Shown: in pieces, positions 7,414 to 16,870 of the stretch
How positions within the stretch are numbered: the first letter of the stretch is position 1
How the letters are laid out: every line of letters begins with the position of its first letter
Assembly: GCA_050012475.1 (NCBI GenBank)
Contig: JBEKHC010000091.1
Location: 1 to 20,465 of the forward strand
Length of the DNA stretch: 20,465 bases
Direction of reading: 5' to 3'
DNA from: Candidatus Velthaea sp.
GTDB taxonomy: Bacteria > Vulcanimicrobiota > Vulcanimicrobiia > Vulcanimicrobiales > Vulcanimicrobiaceae
Notes under the pieces: model-generated
Told to the model about the DNA's origin: nothing
The model's input: only the letters and a program-made list of their open reading frames with translations
The model's database searches: none
Position numbers and translations under genes: made by a program

Positions 7414-8382
7414 TTACAGACCCTTCACCGTCGCTCGAACGGCGCTGCGCGCGGCAATGTTGCCGGCGGAAACGACGTCGCCATGCAGGCCGAAGCGTTC
7501 GAGCACGTCGCGCGCCGCGTCATATGGATCGCTTGCCGGGTCGAGCGCTCCAAGCTCTCGCTCGATTCGCGCTTCGAGCGCGCCCAGGGCCAGCGCGCGG
7601 ACCCGATGCGCAAACGCCGCGCGCCGCTTCTCGGTTATCTCACCGGTCGTTTTCAAGTAACGATCGTGCTCGACGATCGCCGCCCAGAGCGCATCGATTC
7701 CTTTGCCGGTTACGGCTTGCGTTGCGACCAGGGCCGGAACCCAGCCGCTGAACTGCAACATCTCCATCATCGACCGGACCTCGCGCTGCAGTTGCAAGGC
7801 CATCGGGTGATCGCTCTTGTTGACCACGAACACATCGGCGATTTCCAAGATGCCGGCTTTGAGCACTTGTACCGAATCACCGCTACCCGGCTGCAGCGCG
7901 ACGAGCGTCGTGTCCGCGATCTCCGCAATTTCGATCTCCGACTGACCGACGCCGACCGTTTCGACGATGATGACGTCTTTGCCAAACGCGTCCATGAGCG
8001 ATACGGCGTCGGCGGTCGCACCCGAAACGCCGCCTAAGTGTCCGCGGCTGGCCATCGAACGAATGAACACGTCGGGGTCGACGAAGTGCTCGGTCAGCCG
8101 AATGCGATCGCCCAGCAACGCGCCGTGCGAAAAAGGAGAACTGGGATCGACCGAGATGACGCCGACGGTTTTCCCGAGTTTGCGAATGAACGCGACGAGC
8201 GCCGAGCACAACGTCGACTTGCCCACCCCGGGCGGCCCGGTCAGACCGACGGTCATTGCGCGTCCGGTTCGCGGATACAGGGCCCGGATCAGATCGGCTC
8301 CGTGGCCCGACTCGCAAAGCGAAATCGCGCGGGCGAGCGCACGCGTACGACCGGCGTAGAAATCGCTCAGCAGTTCATCCAT
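7414..8382 (-). CDS. meaB: Methylmalonyl-CoA mutase-associated GTPase MeaB/ArgK
   Basis: GLTGPPGVGKST P-loop, VDPSSPFSHGALLGDRIR, FIRSMASRG, VETVGVGQSE, NKSD; likely start ATG 8382. Confidence 0.93.
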   Translation of the reverse strand: MDELLSDFYAGRTRALARAISLCESGHGADLIRALYPRTGRAMTVGLTGPPGVGKSTLCSALVAFIRKLGKTVGVISVDPSSPFSHGALLGDRIRLTEHFVDPDVFIRSMASRGHLGGVSGATADAVSLMDAFGKDVIIVETVGVGQSEIEIAEIADTTLVALQPGSGDSVQVLKAGILEIADVFVVNKSDHPMALQLQREVRSMMEMLQFSGWVPALVATQAVTGKGIDALWAAIVEHDRYLKTTGEITEKRRAAFAHRVRALALGALEARIERELGALDPASDPYDAARDVLERFGLHGDVVSAGNIAARSAVRATVKGL

Positions 8383-8502
8383 CGGCGGCAACGCTTTCGG
8401 CGCCGCCGTTCGCGCTACTCCGCAACGCAGCGCTCAAACGGCGAAATGTGGCGGCCGGGCGGCGGCGGGACGCCTCGGACGCATCGCCAATGCCCGAACC
8501 CA

Positions 8503-11500
8503 ATGACCGCTCTGGGATACCATCGCACTCCGCACCTCGCACGCGAACTGCTCGTTTTTGTTACCGAAGACGATATTTGGACCGCTTCGACGGACGGCGG
8601 AATCGCCCGCCGTTTGACCACCAGTGCCGGCGAATGCTCGCTGCCACGGCTCTCGCCGGACGGGTCGGCGGTCGCCTTCGTCGGTCGCGATGAAGGGCAT
8701 CCCGAGGTCTTCGTCATGCCGTCGATCGGCGGACCGCCGCACCGCATCACCTTTTTGGGCGCCGAAGCGCTCTATGTTTGCGGCTGGTCGGCCGACGGCA
8801 GCGAGGTCTTCTTCACTTCGGACGCCGCATCGCCGTTCATCAAAGAGACCAACGCTTTCGCCGTCTCGGCGAGCGGCGGCCCGGTGCGAGCGCTCAACAT
8901 CGGCCATGCGATGTCATTCGCGGTCGCCGCCGGCGGCGCGATGCTCATCGGACGCAACGCCATCGACCCCGCGCGCTGGAAGCGCTATCGCGGCGGAACG
9001 GCCGGGCAGCTTTGGGTCGACGGGACGGGGAGCGGCGCATTCACCCGGGTGGGCCGCGACGTCGCCGGCAATCTCGTGTGGCCGATGTGGGTCGGTTCGC
9101 GCGTCTTCTTCCTTTCCGATCACGAAGGCGTCGGCAACATCTATTCCTGCGCGCCCGACGGCGCCGATCTGCGCCGTCATACCGACGAGCGCGAGTATTA
9201 CGCCCGCTTTCCATCGACCGACGGCCGCCGGATCGTCTACGCCTGCGGTGCCGAGATCGTGATCCTCGATCCGGCCGACGACAGCATCCGGCGCGTCGAA
9301 CTGCAGACTCCCTCGACGGCACCGCAAAGCGCGCGCCGGTTCGTCGAGGCCGGCGATCTGCTCGAAGCCTTTGCCCCGTCCCCCGACGGCACGTCCCTGG
9401 GGCTCATCTCACGCGGCCGAGCCTTCGCAATGCCGCTCTGGGAAGAAGCCGTCACCGAATACGGCGCCGAAGACGGCGCGCGGCGGCGCCATTTCACCTG
9501 GCTGCACGACGGAACGCGCATCGCCTACGTCGACGATTCAGCGGGGTTCGAGCGGATTGCCGTCGAGCCCGCCGATCGCAGCGCGGCGCCAGATCACTTC
9601 AGCAGCGCGAACGTCGGCCGCATCACCGAACTGATCGCTTCGCCGGTCGACGACACCTTGGCGTTTGCGAACCACCGCCATCAGCTCATGGTGATCGCCC
9701 CCGGCAAAGAACCGCGGCTGCTCGACACGAGCAGCGGCTGGCGAATAACGGACCTGGCTTTTTCTCCCGACGGGCGCTTCATCGCCTACGCCTGGTCGCC
9801 CGCGCACGACACCTCGATCATCCGGATCGTCGACTTGACCGACGACCAGGTGTACGATGCGACGTCGCCGCTGCGGACCGACCGCGCTCCGGCTTGGGAT
9901 CCGCAGGGGAAATATCTGTATTTCATTTCGACCCGCGACTTTCACCCGGTCTATGACGCGCTGCAATTCGACCTGAGTTTTCCTCAAGCGATGCGGCCCT
10001 TCGTGGTCACGCTGCGGGCCGACGTCCCCAATCCGTTCGTCGCCAAACCGGCGCCGATTCATCGCGCCAAAGACGACGACGAAGACGACGATGCGGAAAA
10101 GGCGGACGCACCGGCGCCGATCACGATCGATTTCGCCGGCTTGCCGCAGCGCATGCTCGGATTTCCGGTCGACGAAGGCCACTACGAGCAAATCGCCGGC
10201 GTGAAGGGGCGCGTGGTTTTCAGCCAATTCCCGGTGCGCGGCATCCAGCCGCATGCGCGGGGCAGCGACGAGTCCGAGCACGGCGGCACGCTCATGGCGT
10301 ACGATTTCACCCAGCAGCGCTCGGCGACGCTGGTGCGCGACATCGACGATTTCCGGGTCGGCGCCGACGGCCGCACCCTGGTCTACGCATCGCGCGAACG
10401 GCTGCGCGTGATCGACGTCGGCGCCGACCTGCCCGAAGACGAAGAGGAACCCAAAGCGCCGACCGAGTTCAACCGGCGCAGCGGATACCTCGATTTAGGC
10501 CGCGTCAGTGTCCTGGTCGAACCGCGCAGCGAGTGGCGCCAAATGTACGCCGAAGCCTGGCGCCTGCAGCGCGAGCAGTTTTGGGACGAAGGGATGTCGG
10601 GCGTCGACTGGGACGCGGTCTACGCGCGTTACGCGGCGCTGCTGCCGCGGCTGCGTACGCGGGTCGAACTTTCCGATCTGATTTGGGAAATGCAAGGCGA
10701 GCTGGGGACCTCGCACGCGTACGAGATCGGCGGCGATTTTCGCGTTCCGCCCCAATACCGGCGCGGCTTCTTGGGGGCCGACTACGTTTGGGACGAGGGC
10801 GCGGGCGGCTACCGCATCACGCGCATCTACCGCGGCGACTCCTGGGATCGCGAACTGGATTCGCCGCTCGCCGAACCGGGGCTGGACGTTCGCACCGGCG
10901 ATGTCATCGTCGCGCTGGGCGGACGCAGCGTCACCCGCGAGGTCACGCCGGACTCGCTGCTCGTCAACGTCGCCGCCCGCGACATCAGTTTGACGCTCAT
11001 GCGCGACGAAGAACGGCGGCGGGTCTTCGCCCGCACGCTGCGCGACGAACGGATGCTGCGCTACCGGGCTTGGGTCGAAGAAAACCGGCGGGTCGTCCAC
11101 GACCGCACCGGCGGCCGCGTCGGATACGTGCACATTCCGGACATGGGCCCGTGGGGCTTCGCCGAATTTCACCGCGGCTTTTTATCCGAGTTCAACTTGG
11201 CGGGCCTGATCGTCGACGTGCGCTACAACCGCGGCGGGCACATCTCGCCGCTGCTGCTCGAGAAGCTGGCGCGGAAGCGCGTCGGCTACGACGTCTCGCG
11301 GTACGGACCGCCGGTGCCGTATCCGCCCGAATCCGTGGCCGGCCCGATGGTCGCGCTGACCAACCAGTTCGCGGGCTCCGACGGCGACATCTTCAGCCAT
11401 TGCTTCAAGCTCTACGGGCTGGGACCGCTCATCGGGATGCGCACCTGGGGCGGCGTCGTCGGCACCAACCCCTACCATCGGCTCGTCGACGGGACGCTGA

Positions 11501-11751
11501 CCACTCAGCCCGAGTACTCGTTCTGGTTCAGCGACGTCGGCTGGGCGGTGGAGAACTACGGCACCGACCCCGACGTCGAGATCGACATCGCACCGCACGA
11601 AGCGACGCGCGGCACCGACCCGCAGATGGAGCGCGCGCTGGAAACGATCATGGCCGAACTGCGCGATCGGCCCGAGCGACAGCCATTCGGACCGCGGCCG
11701 CGTTTGCCGCTGCCGCGCCGCGGCTTGGCGAACATCGCTGAGGAAGGTTGA
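8503..11751 (+). CDS. Tricorn protease homologue (S41 family; beta-propellers, PDZ, catalytic domain)
   Basis: Likely start ATG 8503 (MTALGYHRTP); WKRYRGG, GELGTSHAY, GYVHIPDM, DVRYNRGG, catalytic AGSDGD, GMRTWGG; no signal peptide. Confidence 0.93.
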   Translation: MTALGYHRTPHLARELLVFVTEDDIWTASTDGGIARRLTTSAGECSLPRLSPDGSAVAFVGRDEGHPEVFVMPSIGGPPHRITFLGAEALYVCGWSADGSEVFFTSDAASPFIKETNAFAVSASGGPVRALNIGHAMSFAVAAGGAMLIGRNAIDPARWKRYRGGTAGQLWVDGTGSGAFTRVGRDVAGNLVWPMWVGSRVFFLSDHEGVGNIYSCAPDGADLRRHTDEREYYARFPSTDGRRIVYACGAEIVILDPADDSIRRVELQTPSTAPQSARRFVEAGDLLEAFAPSPDGTSLGLISRGRAFAMPLWEEAVTEYGAEDGARRRHFTWLHDGTRIAYVDDSAGFERIAVEPADRSAAPDHFSSANVGRITELIASPVDDTLAFANHRHQLMVIAPGKEPRLLDTSSGWRITDLAFSPDGRFIAYAWSPAHDTSIIRIVDLTDDQVYDATSPLRTDRAPAWDPQGKYLYFISTRDFHPVYDALQFDLSFPQAMRPFVVTLRADVPNPFVAKPAPIHRAKDDDEDDDAEKADAPAPITIDFAGLPQRMLGFPVDEGHYEQIAGVKGRVVFSQFPVRGIQPHARGSDESEHGGTLMAYDFTQQRSATLVRDIDDFRVGADGRTLVYASRERLRVIDVGADLPEDEEEPKAPTEFNRRSGYLDLGRVSVLVEPRSEWRQMYAEAWRLQREQFWDEGMSGVDWDAVYARYAALLPRLRTRVELSDLIWEMQGELGTSHAYEIGGDFRVPPQYRRGFLGADYVWDEGAGGYRITRIYRGDSWDRELDSPLAEPGLDVRTGDVIVALGGRSVTREVTPDSLLVNVAARDISLTLMRDEERRRVFARTLRDERMLRYRAWVEENRRVVHDRTGGRVGYVHIPDMGPWGFAEFHRGFLSEFNLAGLIVDVRYNRGGHISPLLLEKLARKRVGYDVSRYGPPVPYPPESVAGPMVALTNQFAGSDGDIFSHCFKLYGLGPLIGMRTWGGVVGTNPYHRLVDGTLTTQPEYSFWFSDVGWAVENYGTDPDVEIDIAPHEATRGTDPQMERALETIMAELRDRPERQPFGPRPRLPLPRRGLANIAEEG

Positions 11752-11803
11752 CACCAAGCGCCCGACCCGTGAATTTTTGCTCTCAACGCGGCAATCGTAA
11801 GCG

Positions 11804-13099
11804 ATGCTGACGACGCTCGCGGCGGGAATCTTCGTGCCGCTGCTCCTGATCCTGTGGAGCGGCAAAGGCCCCGTGCGGCGTTCGCCCTGGCCCGCGATTG
11901 CGGTTCTGCTCTGGTACGGCTCCGGACTGGTGCGCGCCGCCGCCGCGAACGTGCGCGCACCGCGCGAGTGGGACTTCGCTTGCTTCTGGCTGTACGGGCA
12001 TCTGGCCGCCGGCCATCAAAACATCTACGATCCCGCCGCTTTCGCCCGGTTCGCCTCGCCCTTCGCGACGAGCGACGAGTTCCGGCTGGCGGTCTTGAAC
12101 GTCGGCTTTCCGTACCCGCCGCCGACGATCGCGCTGTTCTATCCGCTCGGCTACGCGACTTCGGTGCCGGTCGCGTTGGCCGTTTGGTACACGGCGCAGT
12201 TCGCTGCGTTGGCCGCAGCCGCATGGATCCTGGCCCGCCTCTTCTTCCCCGCCGATGGCCGGCGCGCGGGGCTGTTGCTGCTCGCGATCGTTGCGGCGCT
12301 GCCGGCCACGCTGCAAACCGTCGACAACGCGCAGACCAACTTCATCGTGTTGCTGCTCGTGGCGCTGGCCTTACGCGACCGCGACGCTCCGGGCGGAGCC
12401 GTTTGGGAAGTGCTCGCGCTGTGGGTGAAACCGTACGCGGCCGCGCTCCTGCTCTTCGACGCCGTCTGCGGCCGCCGCCGGCGGCTGCTGACGGCGCTCG
12501 GCGCCGCAGCGCTCAGCTTCGCCGGCGCAGCGCTGCTGCTGGGTCCCGCAGCTCTGGCCGCCTACGTGCATTCCAACCCGTCGTCGCGCGAACCGGCCTT
12601 CGCTTTTACCGAACAAGTGAATCAATCGCTCTTGGCGTTGGTTTTGCGGATGCACGCGATGCCCCGGGTGCACGTTTGGGCGCTGGGCGAGCCGCTGTTC
12701 GTAGCGGCGTCGCTGGTTTTGGCGAGCGTGACAGCCGTGATGTGCGCTCGAACAACCCACCGAAGCGAGGCAGGATTCGCCGTTGTCCTCCTGCTAGGCT
12801 TGATCGTGTATCCCGGCACGCTTAGCTCCTACGGGGTCATCCTGGCCATCCCGTTCTTGGTTTTGTGGCGCAATCGAACGGCATTCCCCGGCGGATCAGC
12901 GACGGTCGCGGCGATCCTCTTCGCCGCCGTCGTGCTGCAAGGCGGGGTCGTGCAACGATCCTTCGCGGCCTACGTCTTGAGCTGGGCTGCCTGCCTTTAT
13001 CTGCTGCTCGTCGCCCAGCCCGACGGCCACGATGCGATGGAGAGGCCGAAGAACTCGCTGGCCGCCGCGACGACCGCTGCCGGCGCAGGGGGGGTATGA
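11804..13099 (+). CDS. GT-C fold membrane glycosyltransferase, family 87 (DUF2029)-like
   Basis: Many hydrophobic segments; DFACFW, FPYPPP, AQTN, KPY and NQSL motifs. Confidence 0.8.
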   Translation: MLTTLAAGIFVPLLLILWSGKGPVRRSPWPAIAVLLWYGSGLVRAAAANVRAPREWDFACFWLYGHLAAGHQNIYDPAAFARFASPFATSDEFRLAVLNVGFPYPPPTIALFYPLGYATSVPVALAVWYTAQFAALAAAAWILARLFFPADGRRAGLLLLAIVAALPATLQTVDNAQTNFIVLLLVALALRDRDAPGGAVWEVLALWVKPYAAALLLFDAVCGRRRRLLTALGAAALSFAGAALLLGPAALAAYVHSNPSSREPAFAFTEQVNQSLLALVLRMHAMPRVHVWALGEPLFVAASLVLASVTAVMCARTTHRSEAGFAVVLLLGLIVYPGTLSSYGVILAIPFLVLWRNRTAFPGGSATVAAILFAAVVLQGGVVQRSFAAYVLSWAACLYLLLVAQPDGHDAMERPKNSLAAATTAAGAGGV

Positions 13100-13749
13100 C
13101 GATCTCGCTCCTCCCGCGCCAGGCACTGCTCAAAACGGGCGACGTCGACCACGCCGCCTGGAACTACGACGGTCTGCTCGGATACGTCTCGCGGCAGCGA
13201 TTCGCCCTGGTTCGTTCACTGCTGTCCGAGCGCCGCGCCGGCAAACTCCTCGAAGTCGGCTACGGCAGCGGCGTGTTTTTTCCCGAACTCGCCAAGCATG
13301 CCGACCAGCTGTATGGTGCGGATATCCATCAGCAGACCGCCGAGGTGACCGCGGTGTTGGCCCAGGCCGGCGTCGATGCCCAACTGGTGACGGCGTCCGC
13401 CGAGGCGCTGCCCTTTCCCGACGCGATGTTCGATGCGATCGTCGCGGTGAGCGCTTTCGAGTTCTTTCCCGACGCAGGCCGCGCCATCAACGAGCTTGCC
13501 CGTGTGCTGGCCCCCGGCGGCCGGATCATCGTGGTCACGCCGGGCCGCAGCCCGCTCTTGGACTTGGCGCTGCGTATCTTCACCGGCGAGTCGGCCGCCA
13601 AAGACTTCGGTGATCGCCGAGAACGCATCGTCCCGACGTTGACGCGCGCAATGCGGCACCTGCGGTCCATCTTTTTTCCCTTCCGCTTTGGGGTCCCGAT
13701 CTATCGCGCACTGCTGCTGACCAAGAACGGCGAACGCCTGATGGAGTGA
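13096..13749 (+). CDS. Class I SAM-dependent methyltransferase
   Basis: ATG 13096 (ATGA overlap with GT87 stop); LLEVGYGSG, SAEALPFPDAMFD, RVLAPGG. Confidence 0.88.
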   Translation: MTISLLPRQALLKTGDVDHAAWNYDGLLGYVSRQRFALVRSLLSERRAGKLLEVGYGSGVFFPELAKHADQLYGADIHQQTAEVTAVLAQAGVDAQLVTASAEALPFPDAMFDAIVAVSAFEFFPDAGRAINELARVLAPGGRIIVVTPGRSPLLDLALRIFTGESAAKDFGDRRERIVPTLTRAMRHLRSIFFPFRFGVPIYRALLLTKNGERLME

Positions 13750-13770
13750 GCATCCTCAATCGGGCGAAAT

Positions 13771-13799
13771 TTGACGCTGGGGCTGAATTTTGATAGGAT
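13771..13799 (+). promoter_or_regulatory. Sigma70-type promoter of the infC-rpmI-rplT operon
   Basis: TTGACG - 17 bp - TAGGAT. Confidence 0.8.
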
Positions 13800-13808
13800 C
13801 ACCGGGCC

Positions 13809-13928
13809 GAAGCAGAACCGCGTGGTTCTCACCGGATGCCCTCGGGCGATCCGGTTCTACTGTTCGCCAACCGTTTTTGTCAACGGTTTGTCATGAGCGG
13901 GGTGCTTCGGCATCGCCGCTTTTTTATT
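13809..13928 (+). ncRNA. Ribosomal protein L20 leader-like cis-regulatory RNA
   Basis: GAAGCAGAACC-gcgt-GGTTCTCACC followed by hairpin 13831-13855, hairpin 13869-13888 and a terminator, directly upstream of infC-rpmI-rplT. Confidence 0.7.
13896..13928 (+). terminator. Intrinsic terminator (attenuator) in the infC leader
   Basis: AGCGGGGTGC-TTCG-GCATCGCCGCT followed by TTTTTATT. Confidence 0.75.
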
Positions 13929-13953
13929 CCACGATTTTGCCGGAGGGCAAGCC

Positions 13954-14607
13954 ATAGCACGACCGCTTCGTATCAACGATCAGATTCGCATTCGCACCGT
14001 CCGCGTCATCGACGAGGACAGCCAGCAGCTCGGTGTCATGCCAACCGAGAACGCGCTTTCGTTGGCCCGTCAGAAGGGACTCGATCTCATCGAAGTCTCG
14101 CCAACCGCGGTCCCACCGGTGTGTCGAATCAGCGACTACGGGCGTCTAAAGTACGAGCAGTCCAAGAAAGACAAAGACGCGCGCAAAAAGCAGAAAAACT
14201 GGGAATTGCGCGAGGTCAAGTTACGGCCCAAGATCGAGACGCACGACTATGAAGTCAAAGCCCGCATGGCCGAACGGCTGCTGCAGGACGGCGGCAAAGT
14301 CAAAGTGACGATCATGTTCCGCGGCCGCGAGATCACCTACACGTCGTTCGGCAAACGGCTCCTGGACCGGATGGCCGCCGACATGTCGAACATCGCGATT
14401 CTCGAGCGCGAGGCGAAACTCGAAGGCAAGAACATGTTTATGATCTTGGCGCCGCGCGCGGTGCCGCTGGGGCCGCCGAAATTCACCCACGTGAAAGATT
14501 CGGCGGTCGAGGCTGCAGCCAAGAAGGACGCGGAAGAGGAAGCCGAGGCCGAGGAATCACCGGCGCAAGCGGTTCCCGCCGGGACCGCCGCATCCGAAAC
14601 AGTCTGA
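13954..14607 (+). CDS. infC: Translation initiation factor IF-3 (non-canonical ATA start)
   Basis: GGAGG 13942-13946, 7 nt before in-frame ATA; extension encodes conserved RINDQIRIRTVRVID; DLIEVSP, DYGRLKYEQSKK, KVKVTIMFRGRE. Confidence 0.95.
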   Translation: MARPLRINDQIRIRTVRVIDEDSQQLGVMPTENALSLARQKGLDLIEVSPTAVPPVCRISDYGRLKYEQSKKDKDARKKQKNWELREVKLRPKIETHDYEVKARMAERLLQDGGKVKVTIMFRGREITYTSFGKRLLDRMAADMSNIAILEREAKLEGKNMFMILAPRAVPLGPPKFTHVKDSAVEAAAKKDAEEEAEAEESPAQAVPAGTAASETV

Positions 14608-14632
14608 ACACAACACAACGTCGGGAGAAGTC

Positions 14633-14839
14633 ATGCCGAAGATCAGAACCCATCGGGGGACCGCAAAACGCGTGAAGGTGAGTGCGAACGGAAAAGTGAT
14701 GCACCGTCACCAGTTCAGCGGCTGCGGTCATATCCTGAGCAAGAAGACCCGTAAGCGCAAGCGGAATTTCCGCAAGGACCAGCCCGTTTTCGCCGGTGAT
14801 CTCAAGCGCTTTGCGCCGCAGATTCCGTACTTGCTGTAA
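14633..14839 (+). CDS. rpmI: 50S ribosomal protein L35
   Basis: MPKIRTHRGTAKRVKVSANGK...HILSKKTRKRKR; position between infC and rplT. Confidence 0.97.
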   Translation: MPKIRTHRGTAKRVKVSANGKVMHRHQFSGCGHILSKKTRKRKRNFRKDQPVFAGDLKRFAPQIPYLL

Positions 14840-14853
14840 GGGGGACATGATCG

Positions 14854-15228
14854 ATGGCACGTATCAAACGCGGCGTTCACGGACTCAAACACCGCCGCAA
14901 GGTCATGAAGCTCGTCAAGGGTTTCCGCGCCGCCCGGCGGCGGAACTACCGGGTCGCGAACGAAGCGCTGCTGCACTCGCTGGCCTATGCGTTTCGCGAC
15001 CGGCGCGTGCGCAAACGTGATTTTCGCTCGCTGTGGATCTCGCGCATCAATGCTGCCGCCCGGCGCGAAGGTTTGTCGTACTCGCGCTTCATCGCCGGCT
15101 TGAAAAAGGGCGGCGTGACGGTCAATCGCAAGGCCCTGGCCGATCTCGCCGTGCACGACGCCGCGGCGTTCGCGCAGCTCTTGTTGCTGGCGAAGAATTC
15201 GCTGGGCGGCGAAACCGCGGCTGCCTGA
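14854..15228 (+). CDS. rplT: 50S ribosomal protein L20
   Basis: MARIKRG...YAFRDRRVRKRDFRSLWISRINAA...NRKALADLA. Confidence 0.98.
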   Translation: MARIKRGVHGLKHRRKVMKLVKGFRAARRRNYRVANEALLHSLAYAFRDRRVRKRDFRSLWISRINAAARREGLSYSRFIAGLKKGGVTVNRKALADLAVHDAAAFAQLLLLAKNSLGGETAAA

Positions 15229-15250
15229 GCCGCCACGCGTACCGGACCCC

Positions 15251-15289
15251 ACGAACGAGGTGCAGCGCGCGCCTCGTTCGTTTTTTTTT
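15251..15289 (+). terminator. Intrinsic terminator of the infC-rpmI-rplT operon
   Basis: ACGAACGAGGTGC / GCGCCTCGTTCGT stem followed by a T-run. Confidence 0.9.
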
Positions 15290-15332
15290 CCGAAGCGTCC
15301 GGCGGCGACGGATTCATCGTCGACGGATGCGC

Positions 15333-15920
15333 TTAGGCGACGACGCGGTTTTCCCGGTGGGCCGTGATGTACGCGATCAGCCGGCGCACGCAAACGATGC
15401 CGGCGATCGTGGCGATGAGCACGAGCCCGGCGGCCAGAAACGGCATGAACCAGGCCAGGACGATCCCGCCGATCGCCAGTCCGTCCTCGACGACGCTCAC
15501 GATCGGATTGGCCAATCCGCCCGTCGTCGCCGTCGACGCCGCCCGGGCCGTTGCCGAGACGCCGTGAATGGCAAGCGCATTCGCGCCGCCCAGCACGCCC
15601 AGCAAGATCATGCTCGGATCGTTGCCGGGTGCGACGACCGCGCCGGCGATCATCGCGCCGGCCAGCGGTTTGGCGATCGTATGCAGCGCTTGCAGCCCGT
15701 GATCCACGAGCGGAACCTTGTCGCCGAGCACCTCGAGAATGCTCGCGACGACCAGCACCGCAAGCGCCCCATCGGAACCGAGCCACGCGAATTGATGCGC
15801 CGGCGCCGGAAGCAGCCCCCAGTGCAGGGCGAGCGATACCGCGAGCAAGGTGACGAATGCGCGCACGCCGGCCGTCGATGACAGGACGTAGGCAAGCGCA
15901 TACTGGGTGGGTGCGTCCAC
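15333..15920 (-). CDS. DUF4126-family membrane protein
   Basis: GTG 15920 with GGAGG RBS; AGVRAF, LEVLGDKVPLVDH, TGGLANPIVSVVED. Confidence 0.85.
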   Translation of the reverse strand: MDAPTQYALAYVLSSTAGVRAFVTLLAVSLALHWGLLPAPAHQFAWLGSDGALAVLVVASILEVLGDKVPLVDHGLQALHTIAKPLAGAMIAGAVVAPGNDPSMILLGVLGGANALAIHGVSATARAASTATTGGLANPIVSVVEDGLAIGGIVLAWFMPFLAAGLVLIATIAGIVCVRRLIAYITAHRENRVVA

Positions 15921-15991
15921 GGCATACCTCCGCTGCCGCTTACCGCAGCGGCCCCGAAAAGTAACGCGCGCCGCGATGCGCAGTTGAGGCG

Positions 15992-16870
15992 TTAAATTGA
16001 GTGCACGTTTCCATCGGCGATCAGCGGCTCGCCCAGCAATAAACGCACGAGCGTGTCGCGGGCGCGCAGCGAGTTCGGCCGCGCCGGTTCGATGATATCG
16101 TGCGAGGGAGGTAAGCCGACCAGCTCGTGCACGGCGACGGGCGCATTGGCCCGGCGCCAGCGTTGCGCAAGCCGCCGCACCGCTCGATTGTTCACTGACG
16201 ACTCTTGGGCGTTGATGACCAAGTCGATCGCCTGCGCCTGCGGCCCGCGGTTGGCGTCGTCGTACACCGCGTCGGCGATCTCGATGCCGACGGCTACCGC
16301 GTGGAGGGGATACCGCGGATATCCGTGCGCCGGCTGCTGGCGCTCCCGGTCGATCGGATCCCACCACAAAAACACGTTGGGCAACGCTCGAATCATCGGA
16401 ATCAGCGGCGCGTGCAATTCGTGGGGCAAGCCGGCGACGCCCAAAAACGGCGCGACGGCGACGATCCGGTCGACGTGCGGCAAGGTTGCCGCCGCGTGGA
16501 TGGCGAGCGTTCCGCCCAATGAATGACCGCCGATCACGATCCGTTTCTCCAAACGCGCAACGGCGGTGATGACGGCGCGTAAATCGGACGTCAACCCGTC
16601 GGCGCTCAAACCCCGCAACGCGCTCGTCAACCGATCGGCGTGGCCGTGCAGCGGTAAGCGCAGGACCACGACCGTCGCGCCGGCGATGTTGAGCGCCGCG
16701 GCGATCGATCCCCATGCCGGCGGGCTGGCCGTCAACCCGTGCAGCAAAATGACCGTCTCTTCCCCATCGCCACACAGCAATTGCGAGCGCATTCCTGCAG
16801 CGACCATCGTCTCGGCATCATCGCGCGCCTGCAGATACGCGCGCAGCTCGTCGACGGCCCCGCTCACCAT
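15992..16870 (-). CDS. Alpha/beta fold hydrolase (carboxylesterase/lysophospholipase-like)
   Basis: LLHGLTASP, LPLHGH, GHSLGG, C-terminal SHDII. Confidence 0.88.
   Translation of the reverse strand: MVSGAVDELRAYLQARDDAETMVAAGMRSQLLCGDGEETVILLHGLTASPPAWGSIAAALNIAGATVVVLRLPLHGHADRLTSALRGLSADGLTSDLRAVITAVARLEKRIVIGGHSLGGTLAIHAAATLPHVDRIVAVAPFLGVAGLPHELHAPLIPMIRALPNVFLWWDPIDRERQQPAHGYPRYPLHAVAVGIEIADAVYDDANRGPQAQAIDLVINAQESSVNNRAVRRLAQRWRRANAPVAVHELVGLPPSHDIIEPARPNSLRARDTLVRLLLGEPLIADGNVHSI

Noticed and set aside
8038..8502. N-terminal extension of tricorn protease overlapping meaB
   Set aside because: Mostly antisense shadow of meaB; homology starts at MTALGY (8503)
15921..16775. 480-aa ORF suggesting a long DUF4126 fusion
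   Set aside because: The upstream part is an alternative frame of the hydrolase; GGAGG RBS supports GTG 15920
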